The notes under the pieces were generated by a model. That model ran no database searches, was not told the DNA's origin, and worked only from the letters and a program-made list of their open reading frames with translations. This document shows positions 9,411 through 19,495 of a stretch of DNA of 64,000 nucleotides, in pieces (within the stretch, counting starts at the first letter, position 1; the number at the start of each line of letters is the position of its first letter). The stretch is from Candidatus Rokuibacteriota bacterium (GTDB taxonomy: Bacteria > Methylomirabilota > Methylomirabilia > Rokubacteriales > CSP1-6). The stretch covers positions 39,354-103,353 of the forward strand of contig VGLJ01000008.1 of NCBI GenBank assembly GCA_016866775.1, written 5' to 3'. A program made the position numbers and the translations under genes.

Positions 9411-10675
9411 GCGTGAGCGAGCGTCCGTTCGACGGCGTCACCGTCCTCGAGTTCGGCCACTTCATCGCGGTGCCGTGGGCCGGGCACATGCTGGCCGACG
9501 GCGGCGCGCACGTCATCAAGATCGAGCCGCTCGAAGGCGAGCCGAGCCGTCACATCGCGCCGCTCGGGGGCGGCGAGAGCCGGCACTTCCTCATCCGCAA
9601 TCGCGGCAAGCATTCCCTCCCGCTCGAGCTGCGCCACGCGGACGCGCGCGAGATCCTCGACGCGCTGCTCGCGCGCGCCGACGTCGTGCTCGCGAACATG
9701 CGGCCTGGGCTCGCCGCCGAGCTGGGGCTGGAGTACGAGCAGCTCGCCGCGCGCTTTCCGCGGATCATCGTCGGCTCGAACACCGCGTTCGGCGTGAAGG
9801 GCCCGGACGCCGCGCTCGCCGGCATGGACTACGTGGTGCAGGCGCGCAGCGGGCTCATGGTCACCGGCGGCCGGACGAAGGACGGGCTGCCGGCCACGGG
9901 CGAGTCGCCGATCGCCGACTACATGGCGGCGACGCTGCTCGCGTTCGGCGTGGCCTCCGCGCTGTATCGCCGCGAGCGCACCGGCCGTGGCGGCCGGGTC
10001 GATACGTCCCTCCTCATGGCGGCGCTCGCGCTGCAGAACAACCTGATGGTCCGGGTCGAGAAGCTCGACGGGCCGCGCCACGAGGACTTCCGCGGCTGGC
10101 TCGAGCAGGCACGCCGCGGTGGTATCCCCTTCGCCGAGCAGGTCGAGCGGATGCCGCGCAATCGCGTGGCCGCGTCCCAGATGATCTACGTCCGCACGTA
10201 CGCCACGAAGGACGCGGCGCTCGCGGTCGCGTGCGGCAGCACGTCGCTGCGCCGGAAGTTCATCGCCGCCGTGGGCCACGAAGATCCCGCGCTCGACGGC
10301 AAGGTCGCCGACGTCGACACGCACTACGCGAACCTCAAGCGGATCGTGGATGCCACGATCGCCTCGCGCACCACGCGCGAGTGGCAGGAGCTGCTCGAGA
10401 AGCGTGGCGTGCCGGCCAGCGGCGTGGCGCTGCCCGTCGAGATCCTCGACGACCCGCAGCCGGCGGCGAACGAGATGTTCCACCGCTACGACCATCCGAT
10501 CGTGGGCCCGCTGACCGTGCTGGGGCCCCCGCTGCAGCTCGACGGCGCGGGATTCGTCCCGGGCCCGCCGACCGCTCCGTTCGGCAGCGAGGCGCGCACG
10601 ATTCTCGAGTGGGCAGGCTTCGCGCCGCGCGACGTCGAGCGCCTGCTCGCGGGCGGCGCGGTGACGCCGCGATGA
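9407..10675 (+). CDS. CaiB/BaiF family III CoA-transferase
   Basis: PFDGVTVLEF, GAHVIKIEP, NRGKHSL, ADVVLANMRPG, D..VQARSGLM. Confidence 0.9.
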   Translation: MSVSERPFDGVTVLEFGHFIAVPWAGHMLADGGAHVIKIEPLEGEPSRHIAPLGGGESRHFLIRNRGKHSLPLELRHADAREILDALLARADVVLANMRPGLAAELGLEYEQLAARFPRIIVGSNTAFGVKGPDAALAGMDYVVQARSGLMVTGGRTKDGLPATGESPIADYMAATLLAFGVASALYRRERTGRGGRVDTSLLMAALALQNNLMVRVEKLDGPRHEDFRGWLEQARRGGIPFAEQVERMPRNRVAASQMIYVRTYATKDAALAVACGSTSLRRKFIAAVGHEDPALDGKVADVDTHYANLKRIVDATIASRTTREWQELLEKRGVPASGVALPVEILDDPQPAANEMFHRYDHPIVGPLTVLGPPLQLDGAGFVPGPPTAPFGSEARTILEWAGFAPRDVERLLAGGAVTPR

Positions 10676-11220
10676 CGCCGTTCGATGCCTCGGCTCTGCT
10701 GGCCGGCGTGCGCCGCGACCTCGCGCGGCTCCCGGCGGCGCTCGACGCGCTGCTGAGCGACCTGGACGACGCGCGGTGGCGCACGCGCCCGGCGCCGAAG
10801 GAGTGGTCGCCGGTCGAGATCGTCTGCCACCTGCGCGACGAGGAGACCGAAGACTTCGGCGCGCGCGTGCGCGTGGTCGTGGACGGCGGCGCGAGCTTCG
10901 CCCCGATCGATCCCGCGCAGTGGGCGGTGGATCGCGGCTACATCAAGGACGACCCGCGCGCCGCGCTGATGGCCGTGAAGCAGCGACGCCGCGACAATCT
11001 CGCGTACCTCGTGCTCATCGACCCCGCGCGCCTGACGCGCGTGGTGGATCAGCCGAAGCTCGGAAAGATGTCGGGCCTGGACCTGCTCGCGGCGTGGGCG
11101 ACGCACGACCGTCTGCATCTCGCGCAGCTCGCCGCGACGCTCGCGAAGATCGGCGCCGACCGCTGGACGGGCTTGCGGACCGAGTACGCGGGCCCGATCC
11201 CGTACGGCCCGACGGCCTAG
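10672..11220 (+). CDS. DinB family protein
   Basis: RPAPKEWSPVEIVCHLRDEE and HDRLHLAQL His motifs; ATGA overlap with the upstream gene. Confidence 0.8.
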   Translation: MTPFDASALLAGVRRDLARLPAALDALLSDLDDARWRTRPAPKEWSPVEIVCHLRDEETEDFGARVRVVVDGGASFAPIDPAQWAVDRGYIKDDPRAALMAVKQRRRDNLAYLVLIDPARLTRVVDQPKLGKMSGLDLLAAWATHDRLHLAQLAATLAKIGADRWTGLRTEYAGPIPYGPTA

Positions 11221-11909
11221 GCCACGCCGAGGAGGCGCGACTTCACGTCCTCGTCGGCCGCGAGCGCCGCCGGCGCGCCCGAGTAGACGATCTGACCGCG
11301 GCTCAGGATGTGGACGCGATCGGCCACGCCGAGCGCCATCGGGAGGTTCTGCTCGACGAGCAGGATCGAGAGCCCTTCGCGCTTGAGCTCGCCGATCACG
11401 CGGGCGACCTCGCGCACCAGCAGCGGCGCGAGCCCTTCCGTCGGCTCGTCCATGAGCAGCAGCGCGGGGTTGCTCATCAGCGCGCGGCCGATCGCGAGCA
11501 TCTGCTGCTCGCCGCCCGACAGCTTGTTCGCGCGATTCGCCGCGCGCTCGCGCAGGCGCGGGAACAGCGCGTAGACGCGCTCGAGCGTCCAGCGACCGTT
11601 GCCGGCCCGTGCGACCTCGAGGTTCTCGCGCACGCTGAGCGAGGGAAACACCCGGCGGCCCTGCGGGACGAGCGCGACGCCCCGCTCCACGAGACGATAC
11701 GGCGGCCAGCCGGCGACGTCCTGACCTTTCAAGCGCACGGTGCCCTGACGCGGCGGTGTCAGGCCGATGATCGAGCGGATCAGCGTCGTCTTGCCCATGC
11801 CGTTGCGGCCGAGGATCGTCAGCACCTCGCCGTCGGCCACGGACAAGGAAATCCCGTGCAGCACGTGGCTCTCGCCGTGGAACGTGTGGACGTCGTCGAC
11901 GTCAAGCAC
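11217..11909 (-). CDS. livF: Branched-chain amino acid ABC transporter ATP-binding protein (second LivF copy)
   Basis: GRNGMGKTT, VPQGRRVFPSL, LSGGEQQMLAIGRAL, MDEPTEGLAP, LLVEQN. Confidence 0.88.
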   Translation of the reverse strand: MLDVDDVHTFHGESHVLHGISLSVADGEVLTILGRNGMGKTTLIRSIIGLTPPRQGTVRLKGQDVAGWPPYRLVERGVALVPQGRRVFPSLSVRENLEVARAGNGRWTLERVYALFPRLRERAANRANKLSGGEQQMLAIGRALMSNPALLLMDEPTEGLAPLLVREVARVIGELKREGLSILLVEQNLPMALGVADRVHILSRGQIVYSGAPAALAADEDVKSRLLGVA

Positions 11910-12468
11910 CGCCGAAGGCCTCGGCGTGCCAGATATCCCCGTAGCGCGTCGGAAAGCCGTTGGCGTCGACGTCCAGGTCCGCCGCGAACCCGCCGGCGCT
12001 CTCGTACCGGTACGCCGTGGGCCCGAGGCGGCGGTACGTCTGCTCGAACGGCTCGAGCGCGAAGCTCGGAAAGCGCAGCCACGCGGCACGCACGGGCACG
12101 GAGTGGCCGACCTCGAGCCGCAGGCGACGGATGGGAAGCGGGTTCGTCGATGGACTGAAGTTCAGGTCGACGTCAACGCACCCGGCGACGGCCGCACACT
12201 CGCGCTCGTTGAGCCACCACCGCCCCTGCGTGTCGACGGTGATCGCGATGTCGATCGCCGCGGCCCCGACCCAGCCCGTCACCTGCGTCGCGACCGTCCT
12301 CCAGCCGACGTCGCACGCGATCACGTAGTCGAGCCGGCACGCGCGTGTTTCATACGCGAAGACGGCTGTCCCGCTCAGCTCCCATCCCGCCTCGCGCTGG
12401 ACGAGGCGCGCCGCCTCATGCCCCGACCAGTCGATCCGTCTCCAGAGGATGCACGCGCGCGTGCTCAC
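11902..12468 (-). CDS. Putative glycolipid-binding domain protein
   Basis: LWRRIDWSGHE, YVIACDVGWRT, GCVDVDLNFSPSTN.LPIRRL, QTYRRL, FAADLDVD; GTGA overlap with the upstream gene. Confidence 0.78.
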   Translation of the reverse strand: MSTRACILWRRIDWSGHEAARLVQREAGWELSGTAVFAYETRACRLDYVIACDVGWRTVATQVTGWVGAAAIDIAITVDTQGRWWLNERECAAVAGCVDVDLNFSPSTNPLPIRRLRLEVGHSVPVRAAWLRFPSFALEPFEQTYRRLGPTAYRYESAGGFAADLDVDANGFPTRYGDIWHAEAFGGA

Positions 12469-13526
12469 GGAGGGGGCCACGCGCCGAAGAGCGCATGCTG
12501 GCCGGCCGGCGATCCGAACATCCCGCGATGGTCGTGGCCGACGCCTTCCACCAGCACCTTGCGATGCGTCTGCGCGGCGTCGGGCCCGACGTGACGCAGG
12601 ACATACCGGTGATACGCCTGGCCGCGCGCGAGCCGATGGGGGCCCTGTGCCATCGCCGCGCAGCTCTTGTCGAGCACACGATGGTTGGGATCGTTGTCGG
12701 CCGTTCCGAGCAGGTAGACGACCCGGCGCGCCTTGTAGTCGCGCACGATCGCCTCGAGCGGCCGGCTCGTCACGTACGCGGGCGCGTTCTTCAGGCCGAA
12801 CCGATAGTCGTCGAAGCCGGCGCAGCGCGCACCGTTGTCAGACGCGAAGCCGCCGTCGTCGGTCGGCCGGTCGGCGCTCAGGTAGAGATAGGAAGACGGG
12901 TTGGCCACGATGTATCGCACGTCGATGCCGTGACGGGTCGCGGCCGCGTCGCCGCGGCCGACGACGGCATAGCGGTGGACGACCTGACCGCCCGCCGAGT
13001 GGCCGACGACGACAATTCGGCGAAGCGCGGGGAAGCGCGCCCGCTCGGCCAACGTCTCCAGGAGCGCGTCCAGCGCCCCGAACGATTCGGGACGCGGTTC
13101 GGGCGCGAGCGCGGCCTCGCCACCTTTCCACGCGCTCGCGGTCCAGCGCGCGACGTAGGACGGCAGGTGGTGGTGCTGCGCATCGGCTTCGATGAGGAAT
13201 TGCGGCGCGATCACGACGGTCGTCTCGGCGCGCGTCAGTCCGGCGGCGTGCGCCTTGCGCACGGTGGCGTGCATGCTGGCGTAGTAGGCGTCGGCGTCGC
13301 GCTGCAGGCCATGGATCACGATCACCGCGGTCTCGATGTCCGGATGAGGCACCTCGAGCGCGTGGGTGCTGAACGTCGGAAACACCGCGCCGCCGCCGAT
13401 CGAAACCCACCGGTCGCCGACGACGGTCACCGGATCTTGTTCCGTTCGCGGCCGCTGCTGCGCGTCCGCCTCTCCCCTGAGCATGACGGCGAGACCGAGC
13501 GCCACGAGAGCGTGGGCGATGCGCAC
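12465..13526 (-). CDS. Secreted alpha/beta hydrolase
   Basis: Signal peptide, IVIHG, GHSAGG nucleophile elbow, ANPSSYLY, GVGHD. Confidence 0.8.
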   Translation of the reverse strand: MRIAHALVALGLAVMLRGEADAQQRPRTEQDPVTVVGDRWVSIGGGAVFPTFSTHALEVPHPDIETAVIVIHGLQRDADAYYASMHATVRKAHAAGLTRAETTVVIAPQFLIEADAQHHHLPSYVARWTASAWKGGEAALAPEPRPESFGALDALLETLAERARFPALRRIVVVGHSAGGQVVHRYAVVGRGDAAATRHGIDVRYIVANPSSYLYLSADRPTDDGGFASDNGARCAGFDDYRFGLKNAPAYVTSRPLEAIVRDYKARRVVYLLGTADNDPNHRVLDKSCAAMAQGPHRLARGQAYHRYVLRHVGPDAAQTHRKVLVEGVGHDHRGMFGSPAGQHALFGAWPPP

Positions 13527-13536
13527 GCGCGCCTCC

Positions 13537-14232
13537 CTACAGTCCGAGGTATCGGGACTTGACCTCCTCGTTCGTCCAGAGCGCGCCGGCGGCGCACGAG
13601 TGCACGATGCGGCCGCGCGACACCACGTGGACGTGATCGGCGATCCGCAGCGCGAGCGGCAGGTTCTGCTCGACGAGGAGGATCGACAGCCCGCGCGACT
13701 TCAGCGTCTCGATCACGCGGCCGACCTCGCGCACGAGGAGTGGCGCCAGCCCTTCCGTCGGCTCGTCCATCAGCAGGAGGTCCGGGTTCGTCATCAAGGC
13801 GCGCGCGATCGCCAGCATCTGCTGCTCCCCGCCGGAGAGCTTGCCGGCGCGGGTGAGCGCGCGCTCGCGGAGCCGCGGGAAGAGACCCATGACGCTGTCC
13901 GTCGTCCAGCCGCCGCCGTCGCCACGCGCGGCCACCGAGAGGTTCTCCGCCACCGTGAGGGAGGGAAAGACGCGGCGGCCCTGCGGCACGAGCCCGAGGC
14001 CCAGGCTGACCGATCGATTCGACGGCCAGCCGGTGATGTCGTGGTCCTTGAACCGGATCCGCCCGCGTCGCGGGACCGTGAACCCGATGATCGAGCGGAT
14101 CAGCGTCGTCTTGCCCATGCCGTTGCGCCCGAGGATCCCGATGACCTGGCCCTTGTCGACGCGCAGCGAGATGCCCTGGAGCACGTAGCTGTCGCCGTAG
14201 TAGGTGTGGACGTCGCTGACGTCGAGCATCAT
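13537..14232 (-). CDS. livF: Branched-chain amino acid ABC transporter ATP-binding protein
   Basis: GRNGMGKTT, LSGGEQQMLAIARAL, DEPTEGLAP, C-terminal YLGL. Confidence 0.9.
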   Translation of the reverse strand: MMLDVSDVHTYYGDSYVLQGISLRVDKGQVIGILGRNGMGKTTLIRSIIGFTVPRRGRIRFKDHDITGWPSNRSVSLGLGLVPQGRRVFPSLTVAENLSVAARGDGGGWTTDSVMGLFPRLRERALTRAGKLSGGEQQMLAIARALMTNPDLLLMDEPTEGLAPLLVREVGRVIETLKSRGLSILLVEQNLPLALRIADHVHVVSRGRIVHSCAAGALWTNEEVKSRYLGL

Positions 14233-14984
14233 TCCGCCCCGAGATAGATTTCCTGCACGAGCGGGTTCGCCTTCACCTCGCTCGCGTACCCGTCGGCGAC
14301 CACGCGGCCGTAGTGCAGGACGGTCACGCGGTCGGTGACCTCGAACGCGACGTCCATGTCGTGCTCGATCATCAGGATCGTGATCTCGGGATCGAGCCTC
14401 TTCAAGAGCGCCGTCATGAGCTGCGACTCCGCCGGGGCGAGCCCCGCGGTCGGCTCGTCGAGGAGCAGCAGCCGCGGGCTGCCGGCCATGGCCAGCCCGA
14501 TCTCGAGCTGCCGCTGCTCGCCGTGCGAGAGGGTGCGCACCTCGTCGCCCTCGCGGTCGCGGAGCCCGACGGCGTCGAGCACCGAGCGGGCCCGCGCGAA
14601 GTGATCGGTGTATCGCTCCATCGGCCGATGGAGGTGCAGCTTGGACGACGCGAGCCCCTGCACGGCGAGCAGGCAGTTCGCCAGCACGGTCAGCTTCGGA
14701 AAGAGGTTCGTGATCTGGTAGGTCCGCGCCAGCCCGAGCGCGGCGCGCCGATGCGGCGGCAGACGCGTCACGTCGCGGCCGAAGAGCTCGATGCGCCCGT
14801 CGGTGAGCGGCTGTTCGCCGCTGATCAGGCTGAAGAGCGTCGTCTTGCCCGCGCCGTTCGGTCCGATGATGACCCGCCGCTCGCCGGCTCCGACGACGAG
14901 GCTGACGCGGTCGACCGCGCTGAGCCCACCGAACGCCTTCGAGACGTCGGTGAGCTTCAGCGCGGGCGTCGACCGGTCGGCCAT
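14229..14984 (-). CDS. livG: Branched-chain amino acid ABC transporter ATP-binding protein
   Basis: KAFGGLSAV, GPNGAGKTT, LSHGEQRQLE, DEPTAG, IEHDM, YLG. Confidence 0.9.
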   Translation of the reverse strand: MADRSTPALKLTDVSKAFGGLSAVDRVSLVVGAGERRVIIGPNGAGKTTLFSLISGEQPLTDGRIELFGRDVTRLPPHRRAALGLARTYQITNLFPKLTVLANCLLAVQGLASSKLHLHRPMERYTDHFARARSVLDAVGLRDREGDEVRTLSHGEQRQLEIGLAMAGSPRLLLLDEPTAGLAPAESQLMTALLKRLDPEITILMIEHDMDVAFEVTDRVTVLHYGRVVADGYASEVKANPLVQEIYLGAE

Positions 14985-14988
14985 CAGC

Positions 14989-16221
14989 TCAGCAGTGCTT
15001 GCAGGGCGGGAAGTTCCGGTCGTACACCGGCTGCTTCAGGAACTCGTCCGGCTTGTACTTCCAGAACTGGGACACCGCCGGGTACGTGTGGATGACGGTG
15101 TTCCACAGCTCGCCGTCCTTCTTCTCGACCTTGCGGATGTAGACGTTCTGGATCGGGTTGCCGTACGTGTCGAGCTTCACGGGACCACGCGGCGTGTCCG
15201 GGAGCTCGACCTTGCGGAGCGCCGCGAGGAACTTCTCGCGATCCTCGACGTCGCCCCCGATCCCCTTCGCCGCTTCGTTGATCCAGCGCGCGGTCGTGTA
15301 GCACGTCTCCGAGTAATAGGAGGGGACCTTCCCGAACTTCTTCCGGTACTCGACGACGAACTTCTTGTTGACCGGGTTGTCGAGCGCGGCCGAGTAGATC
15401 AGGGCACTCGTGCCGCCGAGCGCCTCGTCGCCGAGCGACGGCAGCACGAACTCGTCGAAGCTCGTGCCGGCGCCGATGAGCGGGATCTTGATGCCGGCGT
15501 CCTGGTACTGCTTCGGGAAGCGCAGCGACGAGATCGTCACCATCATCGAGAAGACGGCGTCGACGTCGCGGCGGAGCTGCGACAGGTACGGCGCGAAGTC
15601 GCTCGTGTTGAGCGGCGCCCAGAGCTTCTGGACGATCTGGCCGCCGTTCTCCTCGAAGGTCTTCTGGAACCCGCCGATGACCTCCCAGCCGAACGCGTAG
15701 TCGATGCCGATCGTGGCGATCCGCTTGTACTTGAGCGTCTTCGCGGCGTACTCGCCGAACGGATGGGACGGCTGGCTCGACGACCAGCCCGTGCGGAACA
15801 CCCACTTCGACGGCTTCCGCTGGGTGAGGTCGTCCGCCGCCGCCACCGGGTAGATGAGCGGGATCTTGTACTCGTCGGCCTTCGGCGCGAGCGCGTAGCC
15901 GATGTGCGCGAAGAGGATGCCCGTCGCCACGTGGATCTTGTCGTTCTCGACCAGCTTGCGGAACTTCGTCAGCGCGACCTGCGGCTGGCCCTGGGTGTCC
16001 TCGATGATGACCTCGACCTGCCGGCCGGCGATCTTGCCGCCGTTCTCGTCGAGCCACATCTGGAAGCCGTTCGTCATGTCCTTGCCGATCTGCGCGCCGC
16101 CGCCCGTCATCGGGGCGAGGAACCCGACCTTGATCGGGCCCTTCTGCGCGTCGGTCGCTCCGAACATGCCGCCGACGAGCACGCCGGCGATGAGCGCTAT
16201 CACGAGCAGCTTTCTAGCCAT
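14989..16221 (-). CDS. ABC transporter substrate-binding protein (LivK/Peripla_BP_6 family)
   Basis: Signal peptide, PIKVGFLAPMTG, EDTQGQP, DYAFGWE, DTPRGP. Confidence 0.9.
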   Translation of the reverse strand: MARKLLVIALIAGVLVGGMFGATDAQKGPIKVGFLAPMTGGGAQIGKDMTNGFQMWLDENGGKIAGRQVEVIIEDTQGQPQVALTKFRKLVENDKIHVATGILFAHIGYALAPKADEYKIPLIYPVAAADDLTQRKPSKWVFRTGWSSSQPSHPFGEYAAKTLKYKRIATIGIDYAFGWEVIGGFQKTFEENGGQIVQKLWAPLNTSDFAPYLSQLRRDVDAVFSMMVTISSLRFPKQYQDAGIKIPLIGAGTSFDEFVLPSLGDEALGGTSALIYSAALDNPVNKKFVVEYRKKFGKVPSYYSETCYTTARWINEAAKGIGGDVEDREKFLAALRKVELPDTPRGPVKLDTYGNPIQNVYIRKVEKKDGELWNTVIHTYPAVSQFWKYKPDEFLKQPVYDRNFPPCKHC

Positions 16222-17221
16222 GCGGTCCTCCCCCTTCTGGGTTGACGACGACGCCGGCCACGCCGACCGGTCGCCGGCGTCGAGCGGCGAGCCAGCTCCG
16301 GAGCGTGCCGACGATGCCGTCGGGCGCGTAGACGATCGTGCCGATGTACACGGTGCCGAGGATCAGGAGCCAGCGGTGCGTGTAGACGGAGACCAGGTTC
16401 TTCAGCATCACGATCACGCCGGCGCCGATCGCGGGGCCGAAGAGCGTGCCGCGCCCGCCGAGCGCGACCATCAGCAGCACCTCCACCGACGTGGCGAGCT
16501 CGGCGTCGGCGGGGCTGACGAACCCGTTGTAGTACGCCCAGATGACGCCGGCGAAGCCGCCGACCGCGCCGGCGATCACGAACCCGATGTACTTGTGCAG
16601 CCACACGTGGTAGCCGAGCGTGCGCATGCGCGTCTCGCTCTCGCGGATGCCCACCAGCGTCTGGCCGAACGGCGCGCGCACGACGGTGCGGAGCACGACG
16701 AACGCGAGCGCGAACGCGATGAGCACCAGGTAATAGAACGGGACGCCCTCGGCGACCGACCACGGGAGCCCGGTCGGGCGCGGCACGCCGGAGAGTCCGT
16801 TGTCGCCCTGGGTCATCGAGACCCAGCGGTGCGCGAGGCCCCAGATCACCATGCCGAGCGCCAGCGTGATCATGAGGAAGTACACGCCGGTCGCGCGGAG
16901 CGCGAGGAGGCCGAAGATCGCCGCGGCGACGGCGGCGGCGAGGACCCCGACCATCAATGTCACCCAGAAGTTCGCGCCATGCCGCGTGGTGAGGATGCCG
17001 ACGCTGTACGCGCCGAGGGCCAGGTAGGCAGCGTGTCCGAGCGAGGAGAGCCCGGTGTAGCCGAGCAGCAGGTCGAGGCTCATCGCCAGGATCCCGTACA
17101 CGAGCGCCTGCGTGAGCAGCGTCAGCAGGAACGAGGAGAGCAGCGGCGGTGCTGCCAGCAGCACGAGGGCGGCGCCGATCGCGGCCGTGCGCGGGTGCCG
17201 CAGCAGCGCGGTCTCGGTCAC
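16214..17221 (-). CDS. livM: Branched-chain amino acid ABC transporter permease
   Basis: SLDLLLGYTGLSSLGHAA, GVYFLMITLA, TQGDNGL, IRESETR, LGGRGTLFGP. Confidence 0.9.
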   Translation of the reverse strand: MTETALLRHPRTAAIGAALVLLAAPPLLSSFLLTLLTQALVYGILAMSLDLLLGYTGLSSLGHAAYLALGAYSVGILTTRHGANFWVTLMVGVLAAAVAAAIFGLLALRATGVYFLMITLALGMVIWGLAHRWVSMTQGDNGLSGVPRPTGLPWSVAEGVPFYYLVLIAFALAFVVLRTVVRAPFGQTLVGIRESETRMRTLGYHVWLHKYIGFVIAGAVGGFAGVIWAYYNGFVSPADAELATSVEVLLMVALGGRGTLFGPAIGAGVIVMLKNLVSVYTHRWLLILGTVYIGTIVYAPDGIVGTLRSWLAARRRRPVGVAGVVVNPEGGGPHG

Positions 17222-18072
17222 GCGCGCCCGAAGAGGCCGGTCGGCCGCACGGCGAGGATCGCGGCCATCGGCGCGAACAGCGTGAAGTAGGAGAGCTCGG
17301 GAAACAGCGCTTTGCCGAAGTTGTCGAGGAGACCGACCATCAGGCTGCCGACGAGCGCGCCCTTGAGGCTTCCCATCCCGCCGACGATCACGACGACGAA
17401 CGCGTACGGCAGGATCTCGAAGTCGCCTCCCGGGGCCACGCCGAGGAAGCCGCCGGCGACGACGCCCGCGAGCGCGGCGAGCACCGCGCCCATCGAGAAC
17501 ACGGCCATGGAGATCAGGTAGACGTTGACGCCGACCCCGCGCGCCATCTCGGCGTCGTCGACGGTCGCGCGCATCATCGCGCCGATGCGCGTCCGCTCGA
17601 GCACGAGCCAGAGCGCGACCGCGATCACGATGGCGACGCCGATGATGAACACGCGATAGATCGGAAAGAAGAGGTTGCCCACCTGCCACGTTCCGGACAG
17701 GTAGGCGGGGACCCGGATCGTGTACGGGTCGCCGCCCCAGATCACGAGCGCAAGGTCCTGGAAGATCAAGGCGAAGCCCATCGTGGTCAGCACCTGCCCC
17801 AGCTCCTGGCCGCCCAGGCGCTTGAGGAACGCGTTCCACTCACCAATTCCGATGAGCGCGATCACGAGCGCGGCCCCCAGGATGCCGAGCCAGAAGTTAC
17901 TGACCCTCGAGATGACGGTCAACGCGACGTAGCCGCCCAGCAGGTAGTACGAGCCGTGCGTCATGTTCACGATGCGCATCATGCCGAAGATCAGCGACAG
18001 CCCTCCGGCAAGCAGGAACAGGAGGGCGCCGTACGAGATGCCGTTGAAGACCTGACCGACCCAGAACTCCAT
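17218..18072 (-). CDS. livH: Branched-chain amino acid ABC transporter permease
   Basis: NGISYGALLFLLAGGLSLIFGMMRIVNMTHG, RTRIG..RA, GGMGSLKG, RPTGLFG. Confidence 0.9.
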   Translation of the reverse strand: MEFWVGQVFNGISYGALLFLLAGGLSLIFGMMRIVNMTHGSYYLLGGYVALTVISRVSNFWLGILGAALVIALIGIGEWNAFLKRLGGQELGQVLTTMGFALIFQDLALVIWGGDPYTIRVPAYLSGTWQVGNLFFPIYRVFIIGVAIVIAVALWLVLERTRIGAMMRATVDDAEMARGVGVNVYLISMAVFSMGAVLAALAGVVAGGFLGVAPGGDFEILPYAFVVVIVGGMGSLKGALVGSLMVGLLDNFGKALFPELSYFTLFAPMAAILAVRPTGLFGRA

Positions 18073-18099
18073 GAGCGGGCGGCATTGTACTATGCGGCC

Positions 18100-18972
18100 A
18101 TGAGGCTCCCGCACGAGCGCTTCGACTACTCACCCATCGCGGGCCGCAAGCCGTGGAAGCTTCCGAAGGGCGCCCGCGTCGCCGTCTGGACGATCGTCAA
18201 CGTCGAGGAGTGGGACATCGAGAAACCGATGGCGCGGCAGTACCTCACCGCGCCGCAAGGGGTCGTCACCATTCCCGATATCCCGAACTGGGCGTGGCAC
18301 GACTACGGGATGCGCGTGGGGTTCTGGCGGATGCTCGAGGCGCTGACGAAGCGGAAGCTCCGCGCGACCGCGTCGATCAACGCCGGCGTGTGCACGAGCT
18401 ACCGCCCGGTCGCGCAGGCGATGCTCGACGCCGGGTGGGAGTTCATGGGGCACGGCGTGAAGCAGGGCGCCATGCACATCCAGCCCGATCAGCGCCAGAC
18501 GATCCGCGACTCGATCCGCCTCCTGAAGGAGTTCACCGGCAAGAAGCCGAAGGGCTGGATGGGCCCGGGCCTCACGGAGACGTTCGAGACGCTCGACCTC
18601 CTCGCCGAGGAAGGCATCGAGTACGTCACGGACTGGGTGAACGACGACCAGCCGTACGAGATCCGCACCACGGCCGGCCCGCTCGTCTCGGTGCCGTACA
18701 CGCTCGAGCTCAACGACATCCCGGTGATGGTCATCCAGCACCAGGTCGCGGACGAATGGGTGCGCCGCTGCAAGGACCAGTTCGACCGGCTCTACGCCGA
18801 GGGTGCCAGGAACCCGCGCGTGATGGCGATCGCCGTCCACCCGTACAACTCCGGCGTCCCGCACCGCATCAAGTACTTCGAGGCGGTGTACGACTACATG
18901 CGCAAGAAGAAGGGCGTGTGGCTCACGACGGGCGAGGAGATCTACGAGTGGTACAAGATCCAGAAGTGGTAG
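18100..18972 (+). CDS. Polysaccharide deacetylase family protein (PuuE allantoinase-like)
   Basis: RFDYSPI, VNVEEW, DYGMRVGFWR, EFMGHG, GWMGPGLTET, WVNDDQP, PYTLELND, AVHPY. Confidence 0.88.
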   Translation: MRLPHERFDYSPIAGRKPWKLPKGARVAVWTIVNVEEWDIEKPMARQYLTAPQGVVTIPDIPNWAWHDYGMRVGFWRMLEALTKRKLRATASINAGVCTSYRPVAQAMLDAGWEFMGHGVKQGAMHIQPDQRQTIRDSIRLLKEFTGKKPKGWMGPGLTETFETLDLLAEEGIEYVTDWVNDDQPYEIRTTAGPLVSVPYTLELNDIPVMVIQHQVADEWVRRCKDQFDRLYAEGARNPRVMAIAVHPYNSGVPHRIKYFEAVYDYMRKKKGVWLTTGEEIYEWYKIQKW

Positions 18973-19079
18973 CCGGGCGGAGCGGCGGCGGGGTGCTCGC
19001 GGGGTGCTCTGACCCCCGACCGTCAGGCCCGCGTTCTGGCCTTGGCGGCTATGTCCATCGACGGTAACTCCGCCTGCGC
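18973..19079. repeat. Possible truncated palindromic (REP-like) element between convergent genes
   Basis: Tandem gcggggtgctc x2, hairpin ctgac..gtcag, and ggcgg..ccgcc followed by tgcgcc. Confidence 0.35.
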
Positions 19080-19493
19080 CTACAGTCCCCAGCTCCGGAT
19101 CTTCGACGGGACGATCCGGAACATCACGCGGTTCGGCGGCATCGAGCGGCCGCCCCAGAGCTTTTCCAGGCGCGGGTGGTACTTCGCGAGGAAGCGCTCG
19201 ACCAGCGCGCGGCGCTCCGGCGTGTCCTGAAGGAACTCCGCGCGGCCCTGCACGATCACCCCGCTGATCTCCTTGTTCGCGCCCACCGATTCGGCGGCCA
19301 CGCTCACGCGAGGGTCGCGGCGCAGGTTCTTCACCTTCTGCAGGCCGTCGACGCTGATCATCGTCAGCGACGCCGGGTCGTGCAGGAACCACATCGGCAT
19401 CGCGAGCGGCGCGCCGTCCGCCTGGAGCGTCGCGAGCACGACCACTTCCTTCGTCGAGAGGTAGCGCTGGACCGCGGCGTCGGTAAGCGACAT
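19080..19493 (-). CDS. Pyridoxamine 5'-phosphate oxidase-like (PPOX/F420-dependent class) protein
   Basis: LATLQADGAP, QKVKNLRRDPRVSV, GVIVQGRAE, SWG C-terminus. Confidence 0.85.
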   Translation of the reverse strand: MSLTDAAVQRYLSTKEVVVLATLQADGAPLAMPMWFLHDPASLTMISVDGLQKVKNLRRDPRVSVAAESVGANKEISGVIVQGRAEFLQDTPERRALVERFLAKYHPRLEKLWGGRSMPPNRVMFRIVPSKIRSWGL

Positions 19494-19495
19494 GG

